Of a stretch of 64,000 nt of DNA, positions 60,271-64,000 are shown piece after piece. The position numbers and the translations under genes were made by a program. The DNA is from Phycisphaerae bacterium (GTDB lineage Bacteria > Planctomycetota > Phycisphaerae > UBA1845 > Fen-1342): NCBI GenBank assembly GCA_963675745.2, contig CAXXWX010000015.1, positions 421,285-485,284 on the forward strand, given 5' to 3'. The number at the start of each line of letters is the position of its first letter. Within the stretch, counting starts at the first letter, position 1. Below the pieces are notes generated by a model. It ran no database searches. It was not told the DNA's origin and saw nothing but the letters and a program-made list of their open reading frames with translations.

Positions 60271-62466
60271 CTATGGGCGTCGACCCCGCCCCGTGGAGCG
60301 GGTCCAGAGCAATCCCGCCACGGAAAGCAGAATGATCCCGGCGGTTGTCGCCGGGCACGTGCCGCTCAGCGTCGAGCCGCCGGTCCCGTCGGTATTGACG
60401 GCGCCATCAGCGCCATCGGCGTCTTGTGGCGCACTCGCTGATGGGTCGCTGGGTTGGGCGGTGCCATCTCCCGTACCATCCGCGGGCTCTGCATCGGCGG
60501 GTGTCTCCGGCGTGTCGCCGGTCTCCGAGGTTCGGCCGTCGAATTTCTCATCGCACACGTCGCCCAGGCCGTCGCCGTCGGAATCGCGTTGCAGCACGTT
60601 CGCCAGATCGGGGCAGTTGTCGCAGGCATCACCGATCGTGTCACCATCACGGTCGAGCTGATCGGGGTTATTGACGCTCACGCAATTGTCGCAGACGTTG
60701 CCGACGCCGTCGTGATCCAGGTCACCCTGGTCCGGGTTATTGCGCTTGGGGCAATTGTCGCAGGCGTCGCCGAAACCGTCATCATCGATGTCGGTTTGTT
60801 CGGCGTTCGCGGCAGTGGGGCAATTATCGCAATCATCGATGAGGCCGTCACCGTCGGCGTCAGGATCAACTTCGTCGGGCACGCCGTTGGCGTTACAGTC
60901 TTCGCAGAGGCCGGTGGCGATCTCGTCGGGATCGTGGGTTCCGTTATTGTTGAGATCGATCAGTTCACAGCCGTTGGGCCGCACAACGGTACCGAGCGGC
61001 GTGCGGGGGCATTCATCGAAGCAGTCGAGCACCCCGTCTTCGTCCGCGTCTCGATCCGGTGTGCCGCATCCACAAGCGCCCGGTTGGAGCTTGTCGCGAT
61101 CCTCGGGGCACAGATCGCAGTCATCGATCACGCCATCCTTATCGCTGTCGGTTTCGCACTCGTCCGGCCGCCGATCACCGTCACAGTCTTCGCTGGTGCC
61201 GGCATCGATATCCATGCCGTCGTCGATCAGGTTGTTGTTACAGTCGTATTTGGGGCAACCTGTCGAGCCGACGCTGATGCCGGGGGGCGTATCGGCGCAG
61301 TTGTCGCGGCAATCCATGACCCCGTCGCCATCACTATCGATATCCACATTCCCGCAGCCGCACTGGCCCGGCTCGGTTTTCTTCGGATCCTCACGACAAC
61401 CATCGCAGGCGTCGATGACGCGATCGCCGTCGGTATCCGGCTGGCAATCATCCGGCATCAGGTTGTTGTCGCAGTCCTCCGCCTGACCGTTCTGGACCTC
61501 GTCGAGGTCGGCGATGCCGTTACGATTGCAGTCGCGCGGCGTGCGGTAGACGTAGAGGGCGTATTCACCGATGCGCGAACAGCCATAGGCGATGTAGGCA
61601 TAACCAGCGTCGCCCCAGTTCGAACCCCAGGAATTGCGCATGATCCACGCACCCTTTGAGCCCTTGCTGTCATCCCAGCCAACCAGCACGACGGCGTGAT
61701 CGGTCTCTCGGTCCTGACAAGCGTCGCCACTGAGCACATCACCCTTTGAATACGCCCCCCAGGCATCCTCATCGACGTACACACTCGTGGAAACCGGGCC
61801 ATACATCATGATGGCGTACTTGATCTGATCGGTGGTCGGCATCTCGCCGGCCGATCCGACGTACTTCCAGCCGTCGATGTAGTAATCGCGGTCGTACGGG
61901 CAATCGCACGGCTCCACCGGATCACCACCCCCGTTGGTATAGGGCTCATCGATCTCGCGTACCGCCCCGTGCTCATCACACTTATCATCAAACGCGTTGG
62001 TTTCGAGGATGTACATCAGCGCTTCGGCGACGGTGCCGCCGGATTCGCAGCTTGTGGCGACCTCGGTACAACTGAGCAGCCACTGCTCGGATAAGTCGGT
62101 GACCACGCCGTCGCCGCGCAGAATAGCGCTCTCGACGATGCCCATGGTCGCGAAAGCCCAGCAGCAGCCGCACTGTTGCTGGTTCTTGACCGGCGTGAGC
62201 GCATCCTTGCCGCGCCAGGTGAACTGGGAGGGAATAAGGTCGTCATCGTCATCGAAGGGGATCTTGTCGAGCACCATGGGATCGTCGAATTTCGATGGAG
62301 CACGCGCGGCGGCTACTTCACTCCCGCGGTCCATTCGCGGCGCGTACAGCGCCCCGTCGAAGTCATCGATTGGCTGGGCCATCGCGGTCCCCGCCAAGAT
62401 GCCCAATAGCAGACCGGTTGCGACAACCAGACCGGCGTCCGCTTGGACCCGCGCTGCGAATCTCAT
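60271..62466 (-). CDS. Secreted C1A (papain-family) cysteine peptidase with thrombospondin type-3-like repeats and C-terminal anchor
   Basis: PVKNQQQCGCCWAF, LSEQWL, DHAVVLVGW, RNSWG..WG..GY. DxDGDG.GD.CDNCP repeats. Terminal TM with basic tail. SD gagggag before ATG 62466. Confidence 0.9.
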   Translation of the reverse strand: MRFAARVQADAGLVVATGLLLGILAGTAMAQPIDDFDGALYAPRMDRGSEVAAARAPSKFDDPMVLDKIPFDDDDDLIPSQFTWRGKDALTPVKNQQQCGCCWAFATMGIVESAILRGDGVVTDLSEQWLLSCTEVATSCESGGTVAEALMYILETNAFDDKCDEHGAVREIDEPYTNGGGDPVEPCDCPYDRDYYIDGWKYVGSAGEMPTTDQIKYAIMMYGPVSTSVYVDEDAWGAYSKGDVLSGDACQDRETDHAVVLVGWDDSKGSKGAWIMRNSWGSNWGDAGYAYIAYGCSRIGEYALYVYRTPRDCNRNGIADLDEVQNGQAEDCDNNLMPDDCQPDTDGDRVIDACDGCREDPKKTEPGQCGCGNVDIDSDGDGVMDCRDNCADTPPGISVGSTGCPKYDCNNNLIDDGMDIDAGTSEDCDGDRRPDECETDSDKDGVIDDCDLCPEDRDKLQPGACGCGTPDRDADEDGVLDCFDECPRTPLGTVVRPNGCELIDLNNNGTHDPDEIATGLCEDCNANGVPDEVDPDADGDGLIDDCDNCPTAANAEQTDIDDDGFGDACDNCPKRNNPDQGDLDHDGVGNVCDNCVSVNNPDQLDRDGDTIGDACDNCPDLANVLQRDSDGDGLGDVCDEKFDGRTSETGDTPETPADAEPADGTGDGTAQPSDPSASAPQDADGADGAVNTDGTGGSTLSGTCPATTAGIILLSVAGLLWTRSTGRGRRP

Positions 62467-62842
62467 CGTGGTTCTCCCTCTTGCTCCGTACGTCGCGCGG
62501 TGCGGCGGGCAGTCCACACGGCTCTGCCCCGTCACCCGCCCGACAATTCCCGCTGCGTACCCCGTCGGGAATCCCGCGGTTGCCAGTTCCCGTGCAACAC
62601 GCCGAACCGCACCGGAGGGACTTCACCGCTTGTTCACAATATCGCTTGTCGGAATGGCGTGCAACGTCTTTTTGCGGCGGCGTCATAACCCGCAGCCCGA
62701 GCAGGCAACCGGTGTCGAACGCGTGAAGTGCGCCTGCGATCCGCTCGCGCGGGCGCGGCCAGCAACTGGTGGGGATGGCGAAACGCGGTGTTTGAGCGCG
62801 CGCACAAAAGCTCCCCGCACGCACGCGACGCCGCGATGGTGG

Positions 62843-63127
62843 TCAGCGGCGCTGCCCGACGCGCGGCTGGTCGACCGGACGACTGCGCACGGGATCGACG
62901 GGCCGCCGCTCGCCTGACATTTCCTGCTGGTTGCGTTCAAGCGCTGCTTGCGCGCGCGCCGCATCGGCGCTGGTGACCGGATCGCCCGGCGCGCCGCGGT
63001 CGGTGCGCGTGGGACGGGGCTCCACCTCACGGCTTTCACGCGGCTGCTGACAGCCCACGATCGCGCCCAGTACCAGCCAGCCCCCCAGAACACCGCCAAT
63101 CAGCGCCATTCGTCGGATGCGTGCCAT
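62843..63127 (-). CDS. Small lipoprotein
   Basis: SD ggaggtg, signal MARIRRMALIGGVLGGWLVLGAIVGC, Arg/Pro-rich body. Confidence 0.6.
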   Translation of the reverse strand: MARIRRMALIGGVLGGWLVLGAIVGCQQPRESREVEPRPTRTDRGAPGDPVTSADAARAQAALERNQQEMSGERRPVDPVRSRPVDQPRVGQRR

Positions 63128-63163
63128 GAATACACCTCCCTAGCTCCGCGGGCGCGTCAGTGG

Positions 63164-64000
63164 CTATGCCTCCACCTCCACGGCGTCCGGGACGGATTCC
63201 TGCGCCGCGTCACCGACAACCCCCGTGCGCACCAGCTCGTCCCAGTGCCTCTCGTTGAACAGGCACCCCGGATCACCGGCGTTGAGATCGCCATAATAGG
63301 CGTCCGCCCGAGCGCGGCAACCGCCGCAGTAGTTCTTGAACTCACACACCTCGCAGTGGTGATAGCGGTCGTCGCGGTCGCAGAGCGGCTCCCAGAAGTC
63401 ATTGTCGCGGAACATCTCGGCGATAGTGCGCTCGCGCACATTGCCGAGCACGCGATGCGGCAGATACACGCAGGGTGTCACGTTGCCGTCCGGCTCGATC
63501 GCGACGTAGCAGCGACCGGCACCGCAGCCGCCGACGTACTTGCTGACCACGCGGGCCTTTTCGCCGCCACCCGAGCCGCAGTGACTGGCTGTCTGCTGCC
63601 CATCGAGCGGCGCGTGGGCCAGACAGACGCGACCGAGCTGCGGCGACGTCGAGAGTATGCCGATGCGCCGGCTCTGCATCCACTTGTTCAGCGTCATCAA
63701 CAGCTTTTCGCGCTGGGTCGGGTTTAGATCGCCGGTGACCATGTTCAGCCCGCGACCGACCGGTATGAAGTTGAAATGGGCAAAACAGCTCGCGCCGATA
63801 TCGACGGCGAACTCGAGCATCTCCTCAACTTCATCGACGTTCTGCTGATGCACCGCACATCGCGATGCCCAGGCGAACACCTTCCTGGGCAACGACGTTA
63901 CGCATGCCGCGCACGCTGCGTTCCCACATTCCCGGCTGTCCGCGGAAAGCGTCGTGCCGATTCGCGTGTACCGAGTCGAGCGAGATTTCTATGTACTTGC
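63164..64000 (-). CDS. Radical SAM/SPASM domain protein (5' partial, one-base insertion near 63854)
   Basis: YIEISLDS..HDAFRG.PGMW in the upstream frame. SPASM GCGAGR..IEPDGNVTPC..CEVC....CGGCRARA..DPGC. Confidence 0.85.

Overview
High-GC chromosomal window, most likely from a planctomycete of class Phycisphaerae. This assignment is inferred from a PVC-restricted Minf_1886-type gene, an expanded CxxCGYxLxGL..CPECG membrane-protein family, dockerin-like and DCNxNG Cys repeats, and a non-canonical EF-Tu switch I. Housekeeping content: prpE, folP, pilT-like, purF, purE, pepF, comEC, tRNA-Thr-tuf-rpmG-tRNA-Trp-secE-nusG-rplKAJL (ending at a terminator, with no rpoBC after it), rnhA, htrA-like and lexA. 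Accessory content: many secreted or membrane proteins and a four-gene pseudopilin cluster. Intergenic regions are crowded with several REP/REPIN-like palindrome families and inverted heptamer arrays. No transposase, integrase, CRISPR array or prophage was seen. Several genes are broken by single-base indels that look like consensus errors. Best leads: (1) a chromosomal dihydropteroate synthase with Sul1/Sul2-type signatures, bracketed by heptamer hairpins; (2) minor pseudopilins carrying a shared ~200-aa extra domain plus PKD and CBM-like modules; (3) RNase HI fused to a Cys-rich TIGR04076-like domain; (4) a possible L10-type RNA structure before rplL rather than rplJ; (5) unannotated small ORFs and a yggX with an in-frame TGA; (6) an unknown gene transcribed ahead of lexA. 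All family assignments come from motif recognition by eye, not from database searches.
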